A stretch of DNA of 63,826 bases, the filler included. It is 7 parts of 7 records of this genome, joined end to end, with 100 filler letters (N's around TTAATTAATTAA, not from the genome) between each part and the next. Parts side by side here need not be neighbours in the genome. Positions count along the whole stretch, not along the records: positions 16,094 to 21,608 come from SRR31147125_20120; positions 21,709 to 38,667 come from SRR31147125_20139; 5 more parts are not named here. One strand, given 5' to 3'. A model generated the notes under the pieces. The model was not told the DNA's origin. It worked only from the letters and a program-made list of their open reading frames with translations, and searched no databases. This document shows, piece by piece, positions 20,708-32,325 of the stretch (its first letter is position 1; each line of letters opens with the position of its first letter). The position numbers were made by a program, and so were the translations under genes.

Positions 20708-21608
20708 ATGACCCAGGAACCAACCCCAACATCCAGCCGATACCTCACCCCTTTCAATGTGGTGGCCGGGATCGTTGTGGTGATCGGATTGATCATCACC
20801 GTGCTCCGTTTTACCGGCGGTTTGTCCACCGTGACCAACTTGTCGGACTACAACCCATGGGGCATCTGGATCGGATTCGATCTGCTGGTCGGTGTGGCCC
20901 TTGCCGCAGGCGGCTATGTGACGTCGGCGGCCGTCTATATCTTCGGCATGAAACGGTTTCACGCCGCCGTACGGCCTGCCATCCTGACCGGGTTTCTGGG
21001 CTATGCCCTGGTGGTGCTGGCCCTGCACTACGACGTGGGCCGACCCTGGCGTCTGCCCTATCCCTTTCTGATGTCGCAGGGCACCACTTCACTGCTGTTT
21101 GAAGTGGCCGCCTGTGTGGCGCTCTATCTTTCGGTACTGTTTATCGAATTCTCTCCGGCCGCCATGGAGTGGCTGGGGCTCAAGCGGGCCCGCAGCCTGG
21201 TGGTCAAGTTGACCCTGATTCTGACCATCTTCGGTGTGATTTTATCGACCCTGCACCAGAGCTCTTTGGGGGCGCTCTTCCTCATCGCGCCGGCCAAATT
21301 GCACCCCTTATGGTATTCGCCCTACATTCCGATCTACTTCTTCGTCACCAGCATCATCGCCGGCCTCTCCATGGTGATCTTCGAAAGTGGCCTGTCCCAT
21401 CGCTACTTCAAAGACAAAATGGACGAGGCGCATCTCTCCGGCAAGAACGATCTGATGATGGGATTCGGCAAGGCCGCCGCCTGGGTTCTGGCCGGCTACT
21501 TCTTCATCAAGGTGATCGGCATTGCTGCCGACAACAACTGGCACTATCTGGCAACCGGCTACGGGGCCTGGTACCTGGTCGAACTGCTCGGATTCGTGGC
21601 ATTGCCCT
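20708..21608 (+). CDS. hmcC: Hmc complex NrfD-family membrane subunit HmcC, 3'-truncated
   Basis: PWGIWIGFD, DVGRPWR and STLHQSSLG NrfD/HybB motifs. Confidence 0.9.
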
Positions 21609-21708
21609 NNNNNNNNNNNNNNNNNNNNNNNNNNNNNNNNNNNNNNNNNNNNTTAATTAATTAANNNNNNNNNNNNNNNNNNNNNNNNNNNNNNNNNNNN
21701 NNNNNNNN
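21609..21708. other. Artificial contig linker
   Basis: N-TTAATTAATTAA-N. Confidence 0.98.
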
Positions 21709-22405
21709 AAAAAAACCTCCGCTTCTATTGCTGCATGGTTCATCAACAAATTGTGCAATGTGGTTTTCGGATATAGAAAAATTGTCAAAGTCCTTTTACA
21801 TATTAAACATTGATATTATTGGCGAAGCAGGCAATAGTGCTGAAACTAGGTTAAAGTTGCAGTCCGATGATTACGCACATTGGATAGAGGCTATCGTTAA
21901 GAGTTTGGGATTAAGCAAGGTTTCCTTAGTAGGAAACTCATACGGCGGTTGGCTATCTTTAAAATTTGCTAGTGTATACCCAAATCTAGTTGATAAAATG
22001 ATATTGATCGCATCCTCTGGTGTTGTAAACGTTAAGCTTTTATTTGTGTTTAAGGCAATATTCTTTTTAATGCAAGGTAAAAAAGGCATAGATAAGCTTA
22101 CAAAATATGTTTATGGAACAGATGATATACCGCAGGAGGCTGTGGAATTTGGTAATCTAATAATGGAAAACTTCAACCCTATGACTGGCGGTTTACCTAT
22201 GTTTTCTCAAGGTGAAATGGACAGAATAACAAGCAAAACGCTGTTTATATATGGAGAAAACGATGTAACATGCGATGTTTGCGCTGTTGCTGATAGGGTT
22301 AAGCTAATTCCTAACGCTACACTTAAGCTTATAAAAAACAATGGTCATGTTGTTATTAACCAAGCAGAAACCATTGAAAAATTTATGAAGGAAGAAAACA
22401 TTTAA
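21709..22405 (+). CDS. Alpha/beta hydrolase, 5'-truncated
   Basis: LLLHG, nucleophile GNSYGG, and catalytic GH near the C-terminus. Confidence 0.88.
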
Positions 22406-22429
22406 ATAAAGAATAATAGGTAAATAAAA

Positions 22430-22789
22430 ATGCAAATAACAAACACAGATAAATATACTATTGTAGAAATAGAAAAAAACCATAAAATTAACAATGTACA
22501 GGATGCTCTAGATATTATGGCTAACGCATCTTATATAGCCCATCATCGAAATATTGGTATTATAGTTTACGAAAGTAGTTTAAAAGAGGATTTTTTTAAA
22601 CTCTCAACTGGTTTTGCAGGAGAGCTTTTGCAGAAGTTTTCTAACTACAATGTAAAGCTATCCATAGTGGGCGATTTTTCTATATATAAAAGCAAGGCGC
22701 TTGCCGACTTTATAAGGGAATGTAACAGAGGTAGCCTTGTAAGCTTTAAAGCTAATAAGCAACAAGCTTTAGAAAAAATAACAAAATAA
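22430..22789 (+). CDS. DUF4180 family protein
   Basis: DFFKLSTGFAGELLQKFSNY and DFIRECNRG. Confidence 0.85.
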   Translation: MQITNTDKYTIVEIEKNHKINNVQDALDIMANASYIAHHRNIGIIVYESSLKEDFFKLSTGFAGELLQKFSNYNVKLSIVGDFSIYKSKALADFIRECNRGSLVSFKANKQQALEKITK

Positions 22790-22824
22790 CAAGTCTAAAT
22801 TAATTTGAATTTACAATTTTCAAC

Positions 22825-22889
22825 TTGACAAATTAATAAAATCTCCGTACAATAACTATACGTCGTTCATTTATGTACGTCGTATAGTT
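22825..22889 (+). promoter_or_regulatory. Sigma70 promoter plus TetR-type operator
   Basis: TTGACA-17-TACAAT, followed by the palindrome AACTATACG...CGTATAGTT at 22854-22889. Confidence 0.7.
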
Positions 22890-22903
22890 TCTTGGAGGTG
22901 ATT

Positions 22904-23491
22904 ATGGAGGATAGAGTTACAAGGAGAATGAATCGAACAAAAGCTCTTATTATAGATACCGCTATGCACTTGTTTAAAACGCAAAGTATGCAAAGCGTAA
23001 CTATGGAGCAGATTGCACGAGAATGCGATATTGCTAAAGGCACTCTTTATAAGTATTTTAATTGCAAAGAAGCAATTATTGGCGGATATATGCAAAAAAA
23101 ATTTTCTAACCGTAATTTTACAGATGGTTTTTTAGGTACCACTACAACAAAGCAAAGACTGTATGTTGCTTTAAAAAATATTTGTGAAAGTATTAATGAA
23201 AACAAAGAGATTTTTGAAAAGTTTCTTGTATACCAAATGCAAAATTTAGTCAGCTTTGAAGACCAAAAAAGCCAGCAAAGCGGATTTAGAAATGTGAGCG
23301 AATATATTGTAAACAAAGGTATTGAAAGCAAAGAGATAAGAGGTGATATTTCCTCTACTGTTATAGCTGAGTTTTTTGAATTTATATTTATCGAACTTAT
23401 AAAAAAACAATATAGACATGGAACGCTTGAAGATAAAGATTACAATAAGTATATCGATCTATTTATGAATGGAGTAAATGCAAATGAATAA
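22904..23491 (+). CDS. TetR/AcrR family regulator
   Basis: HTH TMEQIARECDIAKGTLYKYF. Confidence 0.92.
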   Translation: MEDRVTRRMNRTKALIIDTAMHLFKTQSMQSVTMEQIARECDIAKGTLYKYFNCKEAIIGGYMQKKFSNRNFTDGFLGTTTTKQRLYVALKNICESINENKEIFEKFLVYQMQNLVSFEDQKSQQSGFRNVSEYIVNKGIESKEIRGDISSTVIAEFFEFIFIELIKKQYRHGTLEDKDYNKYIDLFMNGVNANE

Positions 23492-24707
23492 ATTACTAAA
23501 AATATTACTTGTAGGTCAGGCATGTATATGGGTTACTTTTGGAGTTTTAACATATATAAAAACGCCCACATCAATCATTATGCCCTTATTTATGCTGGTA
23601 GGTGCACTTGGCTTTATATTTGTACTGATAACCTTTAACAAAAATACCTTTTTCAACGTTATTGGGTTAATGTATATCGTGCTAAACCTTATCCTAACAG
23701 TAACAGATGAATTCGGTTTATTCGATACAATTATTTTAGTAGTAAACATCCTAACAATTATCTCAGTAATTTATATAATCACAGGAGAAAAAATGCAAAG
23801 TTTAAAAAGTAAAATAATAATTTTTTTAGTCAGAAACAGACACTTATTTAAAGGTAAGCTTAGAAAAGAAGTTGTAGATGAAAACTTTGATGTTCAAGGT
23901 TTTAGAGATGCGATAGCAAAATCGTCTTTACGAATGGAGGATATACCAGAGGATATCAAGCTAACAAAAGTTGATATAGATGGAATGTACGGTGAATGGA
24001 TTATTCCAAAATCAGAAAATCCTAATGATGTACTACTATATATCCATGGTGGTGGTTTCATATCTGGTGATTGTGATTCTCATAGAATGCATATGGTTAA
24101 GTTTGCAAAGGCTACAGGCATTAAAGTTTTGCAATTTAACTATAGACTTGCACCAGAACACAAAGCACCTTGTGCTACTGATGATTGTTTAAAAGCATAC
24201 AAGTGGTTAATATCACAAGGATATAGCGAAAAGAACATTGTAATCGGTGGTGAATCAGCAGGTGGAACGCTTACACTAGCGCTTTTGTTTGCTATTAAAA
24301 AAAGCGGGCTTAATTATCCTAAAAATGCTTTTTCATTATCCCCAATTACAGACTTAAATGCTAATGCAGCGTCTTTTGAATATAATGCAAAAAAAGATAT
24401 TGCAACATTAAATTCATGGAAAATTTGGACACAAGACATGTATGTAGCAGATGGAGATATTACCGACCCTCTTATAAGTCCTCAGTTTGGAGATCCAACA
24501 GGCTTCCCTCCTTTACATATTTGTGTAGGATCGTACGAGGTTCATTTGGATGACTGCGTTGCTTTTGCTAAAAAAGCACAGGAATCTGGAGTTGATGTGG
24601 ATTTTAAAATATGGGACAAGATGGTTCATGCTTTCCCTATTATGGCGCCTATGTTTAAAGAAGCGACAGATGCTTTTAATGAAGTGGCAGCGTTTATAAA
24701 AAATTAA
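23478..24707 (+). CDS. HSL-family esterase (Abhydrolase_3) with an N-terminal ~4-TM segment
   Basis: HGGGF, YRLAPEH, GESAGG and MVHAF; hydrophobic first ~100 aa. Confidence 0.85.
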   Translation: MQMNKLLKILLVGQACIWVTFGVLTYIKTPTSIIMPLFMLVGALGFIFVLITFNKNTFFNVIGLMYIVLNLILTVTDEFGLFDTIILVVNILTIISVIYIITGEKMQSLKSKIIIFLVRNRHLFKGKLRKEVVDENFDVQGFRDAIAKSSLRMEDIPEDIKLTKVDIDGMYGEWIIPKSENPNDVLLYIHGGGFISGDCDSHRMHMVKFAKATGIKVLQFNYRLAPEHKAPCATDDCLKAYKWLISQGYSEKNIVIGGESAGGTLTLALLFAIKKSGLNYPKNAFSLSPITDLNANAASFEYNAKKDIATLNSWKIWTQDMYVADGDITDPLISPQFGDPTGFPPLHICVGSYEVHLDDCVAFAKKAQESGVDVDFKIWDKMVHAFPIMAPMFKEATDAFNEVAAFIKN

Positions 24708-24749
24708 TTGCAAAAAAATTTTCGGCGTGTATACTATCTATACGCCGAT

Positions 24750-26149
24750 TTATATTTGATTAAATAATTCTTTTAGCCTCTCCACACCTATAATGATTTG
24801 TTGTTGAGATAGAGCACCGTACCCAAGTAGAACCTCCTGAGTGTAATTTCCTTTTTTCTTAGCCATATTTTCTACAAGTATAAAGTCAGTCTTGTAACTT
24901 TTCCGGCTTTCATATGCTAATTGCACAGAATATTTTTTTGAAAAAGAAACAACAATGTAATAATCTGATCCGCTAGGCATTATTTTTATTTCCTGTCCAA
25001 AAGCTTCTAACAAAAGTTTTTGTAAAAGCTTTCTCTTTTTTTGATACATTTTATTCATCTTGCTTAAATGCCTAATATAATGGTTTTCTTTTATAAACAA
25101 AGAAAGAGCATATTGGCTCATTACCGGCAGACCAATGTTTTGTTTGCACTTTATAAGATTATACTTTTCTATAAAATTTTGCGGGACAACCAAGTAGCCT
25201 ATCCTAAGTGAAGGAAATAATGATTTTGAAAATGTGCCAACATGAAACACTAAATTAGGATTAATACTATGGCAGCTTTTCATCGGAACATCCAAATAAT
25301 TATAATCACCACCATAATCATTTTCGATTATATAGGATTCTGTTCGGCTTGCATATTCAAAAAGGCTCATACGCCTTTGGATCGATAAAATGCTTCCTGT
25401 TGGATACTGATGAGATGGCGTAATACAAACAAGTTTAGGTATATTATCTTCTGGCAAGCTTTCAACAACCATGCCGCTTTTATCAACATCTATACAAAGC
25501 ATATTAAGCTTTTTGAATCAAAATAATCGAATATTCCCAAATAGCTTGGGTCTTCTATTGCCACTGTATCTATTTGTTTATTTATTAGGTGATATATTAT
25601 ATCAAAAGCTTGAGTCGAACCAAGCGTAATGATAATTTGGTTTGGGCTACACTCAAGCCCCTTATAACTTTTTAAGTGTCCAGATATTGCTTCTCTTAAT
25701 TCATATATTCCCTGCATATCAGAATATCCGTAGTATTCATCTGGCGCTACTATATAAGCCTGTCTTATCAAACTTGCCCATTTGGTTTTAGGAAACTCAG
25801 ACATATCCGGTGTAGTTGCATCAAAGTGGATAATATCCGATTTTATATTTTCTTGTTCAGGCAAAGAATCAACACTATATGTTTGTTTTTTAATAAATGA
25901 TGTGCTTATTCCTTCCGCAACAAAAGTACCAGAACCTTCTTTTGATGTTAGAAATCCTTCTGCTCTTAACTGCTCATATACCTCAATCACTATGTTTCTA
26001 GATATACCAAGACTTCGACTCATTTTTCTTGTGGGCGGTAAACGATAGCCTGCTGATAACTTTCCTTTTAATATCTCATCGGTAAGTCCATTATATAATT
26101 GTCTTGTGATGGTTTCATTTTTGCTTCTATCAATATTAATCCAAATCAT
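24750..26149 (-). CDS. MocR/GabR-family GntR-aminotransferase regulator, frameshifted near 25500
   Basis: GntR wHTH in ORF 25490-26149; TPSHQYPTG and GTFSKSLFPSLRIGY in ORF 24750-25502. Confidence 0.88.
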
Positions 26150-26161
26150 AGCAATCCAAAA

Positions 26162-26206
26162 TTGGTTCTAAAAAAGTTTTGTAAATTTGGTTCTTAACAT
26201 AACCAA
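26162..26206. promoter_or_regulatory. MocR-type operator: two direct repeats and one inverted repeat
   Basis: TTGGTT at 26162 and 26187, AACCAA at 26201, between the divergent regulator and reductase genes. Confidence 0.5.
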
Positions 26207-26270
26207 TTAATTGTATTATACTATACCCATAATACGAATACAAATTATAGAGGGTTTTAAAGGAGAAGGT

Positions 26271-27409
26271 ATGAATTATAGAGAGTTTGGTAAAACTGGC
26301 GAGATGCTTAGTGTCCTTGGTTTTGGAGCAATGCGTTTACCTTTGATAAACGGTGAAGATGCTAATATCGATTACGAAAAAGCAACCGAAATGGTAAGGT
26401 ATGCCATTGACAATGGTGTTAACTATCTTGATACTGGCTACACGTATCATGGAGGAACCAGCGAAGCTTTTTGTGGACATGTTATGAAAGATGGTTATAG
26501 AAGCAAAGTTAATATAGCAACAAAGCTACCAAGTTGGGATATAGAAAAGCATAGTGATATGGAAGAAAAACTAAATGAGCAACTTGAAAGATTGGATGTT
26601 AAAACTATTGATTTTTATCTATTACATGCCCTTGGAAAAAACTTTTGGCCAAAGGTTAGGGACAATGATTATAAGTCCTTTTTAAAAAAAGCTAAAGCAG
26701 AAGGAAAGATAAGATATATTGGTTTTTCGTATCATGATGATTTTGAGCTTTTTAAAGATATTGTAGATGATTATGATTGGGATTTTTGTCAGATTCAATT
26801 AAACTACTTAGACGAAAACTATCAAGCTGGACTAAAAGGAATGAATTATGCTAGCGAAAGAGGTCTTGGGGTTATTATTATGGAACCACTACGCGGAGGA
26901 ATGCTTGCACAAGAACCTCCAAAAGGTGTTCAAGATCTTTGGGATAAATCTTCGCAAAAGAGGAGTCAACAGAGTGGGCATTAAAATATCTTTATAGCAA
27001 AGAACAGATTGGCGTTGTTTTAAGCGGTATGAGTACACTAGATCAAACAAAGGAAAATTTAAAAATTTCTTCCGCCTCCGATTATAGCGTAATTAATTAT
27101 GATGACAAAAAAATAATAGATCAGGTTAAAGATTTTTTCAATGAGCGTATGCTTGTAAATTGTACTAACTGCAAATATTGCATGCCTTGCCCAAAGGGAG
27201 TTAATATTCCGGAATGTTTTTGGGCGTATAATCATGATTCTATGTTTAATGACAAGAAAAAAGCGGAGTTTTGGATAAATGGATGGCTGATGGATAGTCA
27301 AAAACCATCGAACTGCATCAATTGCAAAATATGCGAAAGCAAATGTCCACAAAACATTGATATTGCACACCATTTAAATATTATCAAAGAAAAATATCAA
27401 AGCCTATAA
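26271..27409 (+). CDS. Aldo/keto reductase with C-terminal 4Fe-4S domain, frameshifted near 26965
   Basis: LGFGAMRLP, DTGYTY, IMEPLRGG, then CTNCKYCMPCP and CINCKICESKCPQ. Confidence 0.9.
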
Positions 27410-27702
27410 AACTACAATAATCCCTGGTCCATCAGGGATTATTTTTCAGTCCATACTTTTTAAAAATACTGTATCACTCGTCTCCTATTTCGCATTAAAA
27501 TTTTCCTTACGTCTATTTATAAAAAGCTTCATAAAATCACAAGATAGTGCAAACGCTAATGCATAAAGATATACTGCACGAAAACACGCTTTTCTGGGCA
27601 AGTTAGCTTGTAAATCAATCTTTTAGGCTATATAATTGATATGACTGATTCAGTATAGCGAAGCTAAGTATTTAAAAAAAGAATATAGAAGGAGAAAAAC
27701 TG

Positions 27703-28242
27703 ATGGGTAACAAATATGAAGGTACAAAAACAGAGCAAAACTTAAGAGACGCTTTTTCAGGCGAAAGTCAAGCTAGAAACAAGTATACTTATTTTGCATC
27801 AGCCGCAAAAAAAGCTGGCTTCGAACAGATTGCAGCTCTTTTCTTAAAAACTTCCGAAAATGAAAAAGAACACGCAAAACTATGGTTTAAAGAATTAAAT
27901 GGAATTGGCGATACAATGCAAAATTTAACTGATGCGGCCGCTGGCGAACATTACGAGTGGACAGACATGTACGAAAACTTTGCTAAAGATGCCGAGGCTG
28001 AGGGTTTTGCCGATTTGGCTAAAAAATTCCGTGGCGTTGCAGCTATAGAAAAATCTCATGAGGAAAGATACTTGAAGCTTTTAGAAAACATAAATACCGA
28101 TGCTGTATTTAAAAAGCCAGCAGAAGTTGTGTGGGAATGCAGAAACTGCGGACATCTAGTAACTGGTGATAAAGCTCCAGATGTTTGCCCAGTATGTGCG
28201 CATCCTAAAAGCTTCTTTGAAGTAAGAGAAGAAAATTATTAA
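27703..28242 (+). CDS. rbr: Rubrerythrin
   Basis: [21 protein letters not shown] and rubredoxin-like CRNCG...CPVC. Confidence 0.95.
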   Translation: MGNKYEGTKTEQNLRDAFSGESQARNKYTYFASAAKKAGFEQIAALFLKTSENEKEHAKLWFKELNGIGDTMQNLTDAAAGEHYEWTDMYENFAKDAEAEGFADLAKKFRGVAAIEKSHEERYLKLLENINTDAVFKKPAEVVWECRNCGHLVTGDKAPDVCPVCAHPKSFFEVREENY

Positions 28243-28424
28243 TAACACATATAAGCTTATTATTTATTAGACTGATAAAAAAAGGGTACAAGACAAATAC
28301 TTGTGCCCTTCTTGTTTATTTGTGTCTTAAAATAAACGCTGGATTAAGTATATGATAGTAATATATAATATACTTATGCTTTTATCGGATAAAGCTACAA
28401 ACGTTATTATTGGAGAGTATAAAG

Positions 28425-29162
28425 ATGAATGTATTGATAAGTGGTGCAAACGAAGGTATAGGTTATTATCTTATGAAACAACTTTTAAAAGATAATAATA
28501 GCGTTTACGTTTTAGATATAAATGTAGATCAATTAGAAAAACTATCTAACCATCACGACAATTTATACTTTTCTATATGCGATATATCAAAATATGATGA
28601 TGTATCTACTTCAGTATCAAGCTTTAATATCAACTTTGATATAGTAATCCATAACGCTTGCAAGTGCATTTTTGATTCCTTTGAAAACACGCCAATCCAA
28701 ATATATAAGGATGTTTTAGATGTGAACTATTTTGGCGCACTCAATATCACTAAATCTGTTATAAATAAAATGAATATAAACAGCAAGATCATGTATGTAA
28801 GCTCAGGTGTTGCAGTTATGGGTTTTTCTAATATAAGCGCTTATGCTAACAGCAAAAATGCAATAGAATCTTTTGCTAGGTGCATGAATCTTGAATACAA
28901 ATCGAAAAACATATCCTTTCATATCATCCATCCACCACTAACGGCAACAAAATCATCTTCTCCATTGCCTATACCAAATGATTTTATGGAAAACCCCCAA
29001 GTTGTTGGCACAAAACTTGCAAATAAACTACACAAAAATTCATTTATAATATGTCATAGTGCTTTATTAAGGGTACAAACATTTTTGATCTATCTTTTTC
29101 CAACTCTTTTTGGGTCATTGTTTAATAAGCTCACTTCAAACTATCATAACCAAGATAAATAA
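28425..29162 (+). CDS. Short-chain dehydrogenase/reductase
   Basis: SGANEGIG, HNA and YANSK (YxxxK). Confidence 0.88.
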   Translation: MNVLISGANEGIGYYLMKQLLKDNNSVYVLDINVDQLEKLSNHHDNLYFSICDISKYDDVSTSVSSFNINFDIVIHNACKCIFDSFENTPIQIYKDVLDVNYFGALNITKSVINKMNINSKIMYVSSGVAVMGFSNISAYANSKNAIESFARCMNLEYKSKNISFHIIHPPLTATKSSSPLPIPNDFMENPQVVGTKLANKLHKNSFIICHSALLRVQTFLIYLFPTLFGSLFNKLTSNYHNQDK

Positions 29163-29240
29163 CAGCCAAAAGAATCTATTTTACCCTTTATCTTTTTAAT
29201 ATGGATTCATTTAATATTTTCATTCTATACAAAAATATCA

Positions 29241-29308
29241 ACCACATATAAATCAAACACGACCATATAACTATTCTATATTGATTTATAGATTAAGCTT
29301 GATATACT
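29241..29308 (+). promoter_or_regulatory. LytTR direct-repeat operator and extended -10 promoter
   Basis: ACCACATAT-12 bp-ACCATATAA at 29241-29270; TGnTATACT at 29300-29308. Confidence 0.6.
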
Positions 29309-29353
29309 ACAAATATAAACAGTGGATATCCAAAAGGCAGGTGAATAAAAAAC

Positions 29354-29794
29354 ATGAAACTCAATCTTAATATTGACAAAACATTAAGTGAAGATTCTAT
29401 CACCATTAACTCAAAAGAGCTCACACCTTTAGTACAATACATTATAAATATGTGCAATTCACATAGCTACGATAATATTATCGGATATATTAATGATGAT
29501 ATTGTGCTTTTAGACCCGCAAGAAATACTATGCTTTTATACCGAAAAACACTATGTTATGGCAAAATGCAAAAGCGAAAATTATCGTGTTAAAGGAAGGC
29601 TCTATACAATTGAAGAAACAGTCGATAACAGTATGTTTGTAAAAATATCTCAAGGTTGTATTTGCAATATAAAGCATATTAGAAGATTAAAACTCTCATT
29701 TAACGGGTTAATCGATATCGTATTATCCAACGGAGAAACGGTCGGGGTTTCTAAAAGGTTTGTTAGTGGAATAAAGAAAACATTAGGAATTTAG
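29354..29794 (+). CDS. Stand-alone LytTR regulator without a receiver domain
   Basis: FVKISQGCICN and VSKRF LytTR motifs. Confidence 0.88.
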   Translation: MKLNLNIDKTLSEDSITINSKELTPLVQYIINMCNSHSYDNIIGYINDDIVLLDPQEILCFYTEKHYVMAKCKSENYRVKGRLYTIEETVDNSMFVKISQGCICNIKHIRRLKLSFNGLIDIVLSNGETVGVSKRFVSGIKKTLGI

Positions 29795-29853
29795 CATTAT
29801 AAAATTTTCTAAAATAATTACAAATATACAAATAAAATTAGGAGACAACAATT

Positions 29854-30260
29854 ATGAAATATAAAAAAACATTTATTAAAAGAGGTTTGCTCGGCTTTCC
29901 TCTTGGGGTTGCTATAAGCGCAACATTTGCATTGATGTTTGCAATTTTTAACAGAGAAAATTTATATACGGATGTTGATTATTATATATTAGCATATTTT
30001 TCTGGCGGAACAATCGGTACATTATGGTCATCTTGTTCAACATTTTTGAAATTGAAAGCTGGAGTTTGCTAAAACGCACAGTCATTCATTTTTTGTTTAC
30101 AATGCCAATCTTTATAATCATATCTATTATTGCAGGTTGGACCGGGGGGTACTTATTCGTATATATTTTAATTGGAATAGCAATCTACGTTATGATCTTT
30201 CTTGCTATTCAATTATCGTTGAAGGCTAAAATAGATAAAATCAATAAAAAACTGGAATAA
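29854..30260 (+). CDS. DUF3021-like membrane protein, LytTR partner, frameshifted near 30040
   Basis: KRGLLGFPLG...FEIESWSLLKRTVIHF...INKKL across two frames. Confidence 0.75.
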
Positions 30261-30405
30261 TAATCTTCAGCATAAAGGTTTTTAAAAGCTAATATTTATT
30301 TGTTAGCTTTTTTTATTATTATGCGTTAAAGCAACCTAAGTATATGTTTGATATTATATATCACTTATGATAGAATTTACTGAGATTTTATTGAGGTGAA
30401 AAAAA

Positions 30406-32325
30406 TTGAGCATACTCTCTTTATCAAATATAAGCAAAAGATTCGACGACGAGCTTTTTTCTGGCGTTACTTTTGAAGTAGACAATAAAGATAAAATTGG
30501 TTTTGTTGGTGCTAATGGCGCAGGTAAAACTACTGTTTTTAAAATAATTTTAGATCAAATTAAAAGCGATACTGGCGATGTCTTTATCCAAAAGTTTTTA
30601 AAAATTGGATACATGCAGCAGCATTTAAACTTGGATAAAAGCCAAAACGTTTTATGCGAAGCTATGTCTGTTTTTTCGCATCTAATACAGATAGAACACG
30701 ACTTAGACGATATTAATCATAAACTAGATTCTGCATCTAACGATGAGCTTGATTCTCTTATAAACAAACAACATACCCTACAGGATACATATACAGATCA
30801 AGGCGGCAATACTTTTAGATCGAGAACAAAATCAATGTTGCTTGGGCTTGGTTTTAAAACATCCGAGCTAGAAAACAGCATATCAACGCTTAGTGGCGGA
30901 GAACAAACTAAAGTTTCTTTGGCTAAAATGTTGCTTAGCGATGCTGATTTATTACTTTTAGACGAACCTACAAATCATCTTGATATCGAATCGGTTGAAT
31001 GGCTTGAAAGCTTTTTAACAAATTACCAAAAGGCTTTTATTGTCATATCGCATGATAGAAGATTTCTGGACAACATAACTAACAAGACATTAGATTTATC
31101 TCACGGAAAGTTAAAAGCGTATACTGGTAACTATAGCTCTTATGTTAAGCAAAAGCTATTAGATGAACAGCAGGTAATCCGTGACAACAGGAATATTCAA
31201 AAAGAGATTGATAGAATAAATGGCATAATAGAGCAGCAAAAAAGATGGAATAGACAGAGAAACATAAAAACAGCTGAAAGCAAGCAAAAGGTTGTTGATA
31301 AGCTTAAAAAAGACCTTAAGCAAACGAGCAAATTAGATAAAAACATGCGTCTTAGCTTTGATACGGATACACGTGGTGGCAACGAAGTTGTACGATGCGA
31401 AAACGTTTCAAAATCATTTGACGATAAAACACTATTTTCTAATATAGATTTTACAATCACTCATGGCGAAAGGGTATTTTTACTTGGCGCAAATGGTTGT
31501 GGAAAATCCACTTTATTTAAAATAATTCAAAGCACTGCTGAACCTGATAACGGAAAAATCGAAGTTGGTTCAAACATTGCTGCCGCATATTTTGATCAAA
31601 CACAAGCTAATTTAAACTTCAGCAAAACAGCCTTTGATAATGTTTCTGATAACTATCCTAAAATGAACGAAACAGAAATACGCAACAAGTTAGGACTGTT
31701 CCTTTTTTCTGGTGATGATGCTTTTAAAACTGTTTCTGATCTTAGTGGTGGTGAAAAAGCAAAGTTGTCTTTACTTTTGCTGATGCTTTCTAAGTCTAAC
31801 TTCTTGCTTTTAGATGAACCTACAAACCACCTTGACATCGGTTCAAAACAAGCGTTGCAAACTGCTTTAGAAGACTATACTGGCACTATGTTTATAATTT
31901 CGCATGATAGGTATCTTATAAACGACTTAGCGGATAGAATTTTTTATTTATCAAAAAACAAGATTACAGAATACCTAGGAAACTATGACGATTATCTTTC
32001 AAAAAAATCTACTGAGCAGGCTACAGCCGAAACTAAAAGCACAAATGCCGCAGGCAAAGATGATTATAAAAAGAAAAAACAATTTACTTCGCAAGTAAAT
32101 AAACTAAAAGGTAAAATAAGCCGAAAAGAGGATCAGATTACCGAAACTGAAGCTAAAATATCTGACATTCAAAACGAAATGGCTAAACCGGAAGTGGCAA
32201 CAGATCATGTTAAAATGATGGAACTCAATAGCAGAAGCGAAGAATTGTCTGACAAAGAATTGATTCTTTATGAAGAGTTACACGATTTAGAATGTGAGCT
32301 TGAACAACTAACAAATGAGTGTTAA
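30406..32325 (+). CDS. ABC-F family ATPase
   Basis: Two ABC domains, each with LSGGE and LLDEPTNHLD; no TM segments; C-terminal coiled coil. Confidence 0.93.
   Translation: MSILSLSNISKRFDDELFSGVTFEVDNKDKIGFVGANGAGKTTVFKIILDQIKSDTGDVFIQKFLKIGYMQQHLNLDKSQNVLCEAMSVFSHLIQIEHDLDDINHKLDSASNDELDSLINKQHTLQDTYTDQGGNTFRSRTKSMLLGLGFKTSELENSISTLSGGEQTKVSLAKMLLSDADLLLLDEPTNHLDIESVEWLESFLTNYQKAFIVISHDRRFLDNITNKTLDLSHGKLKAYTGNYSSYVKQKLLDEQQVIRDNRNIQKEIDRINGIIEQQKRWNRQRNIKTAESKQKVVDKLKKDLKQTSKLDKNMRLSFDTDTRGGNEVVRCENVSKSFDDKTLFSNIDFTITHGERVFLLGANGCGKSTLFKIIQSTAEPDNGKIEVGSNIAAAYFDQTQANLNFSKTAFDNVSDNYPKMNETEIRNKLGLFLFSGDDAFKTVSDLSGGEKAKLSLLLLMLSKSNFLLLDEPTNHLDIGSKQALQTALEDYTGTMFIISHDRYLINDLADRIFYLSKNKITEYLGNYDDYLSKKSTEQATAETKSTNAAGKDDYKKKKQFTSQVNKLKGKISRKEDQITETEAKISDIQNEMAKPEVATDHVKMMELNSRSEELSDKELILYEELHDLECELEQLTNEC

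Noticed and set aside
16345-21544. Long antisense and alternative-frame ORFs, such as 18141-19463 and 19516-20628 on the minus strand
   Set aside because: Shadow ORFs of GC-rich genes with no recognisable motifs
30406-32325. ABC-F as an antibiotic-resistance determinant
   Set aside because: Housekeeping context and no leader peptide seen; subfamily cannot be assigned without a search
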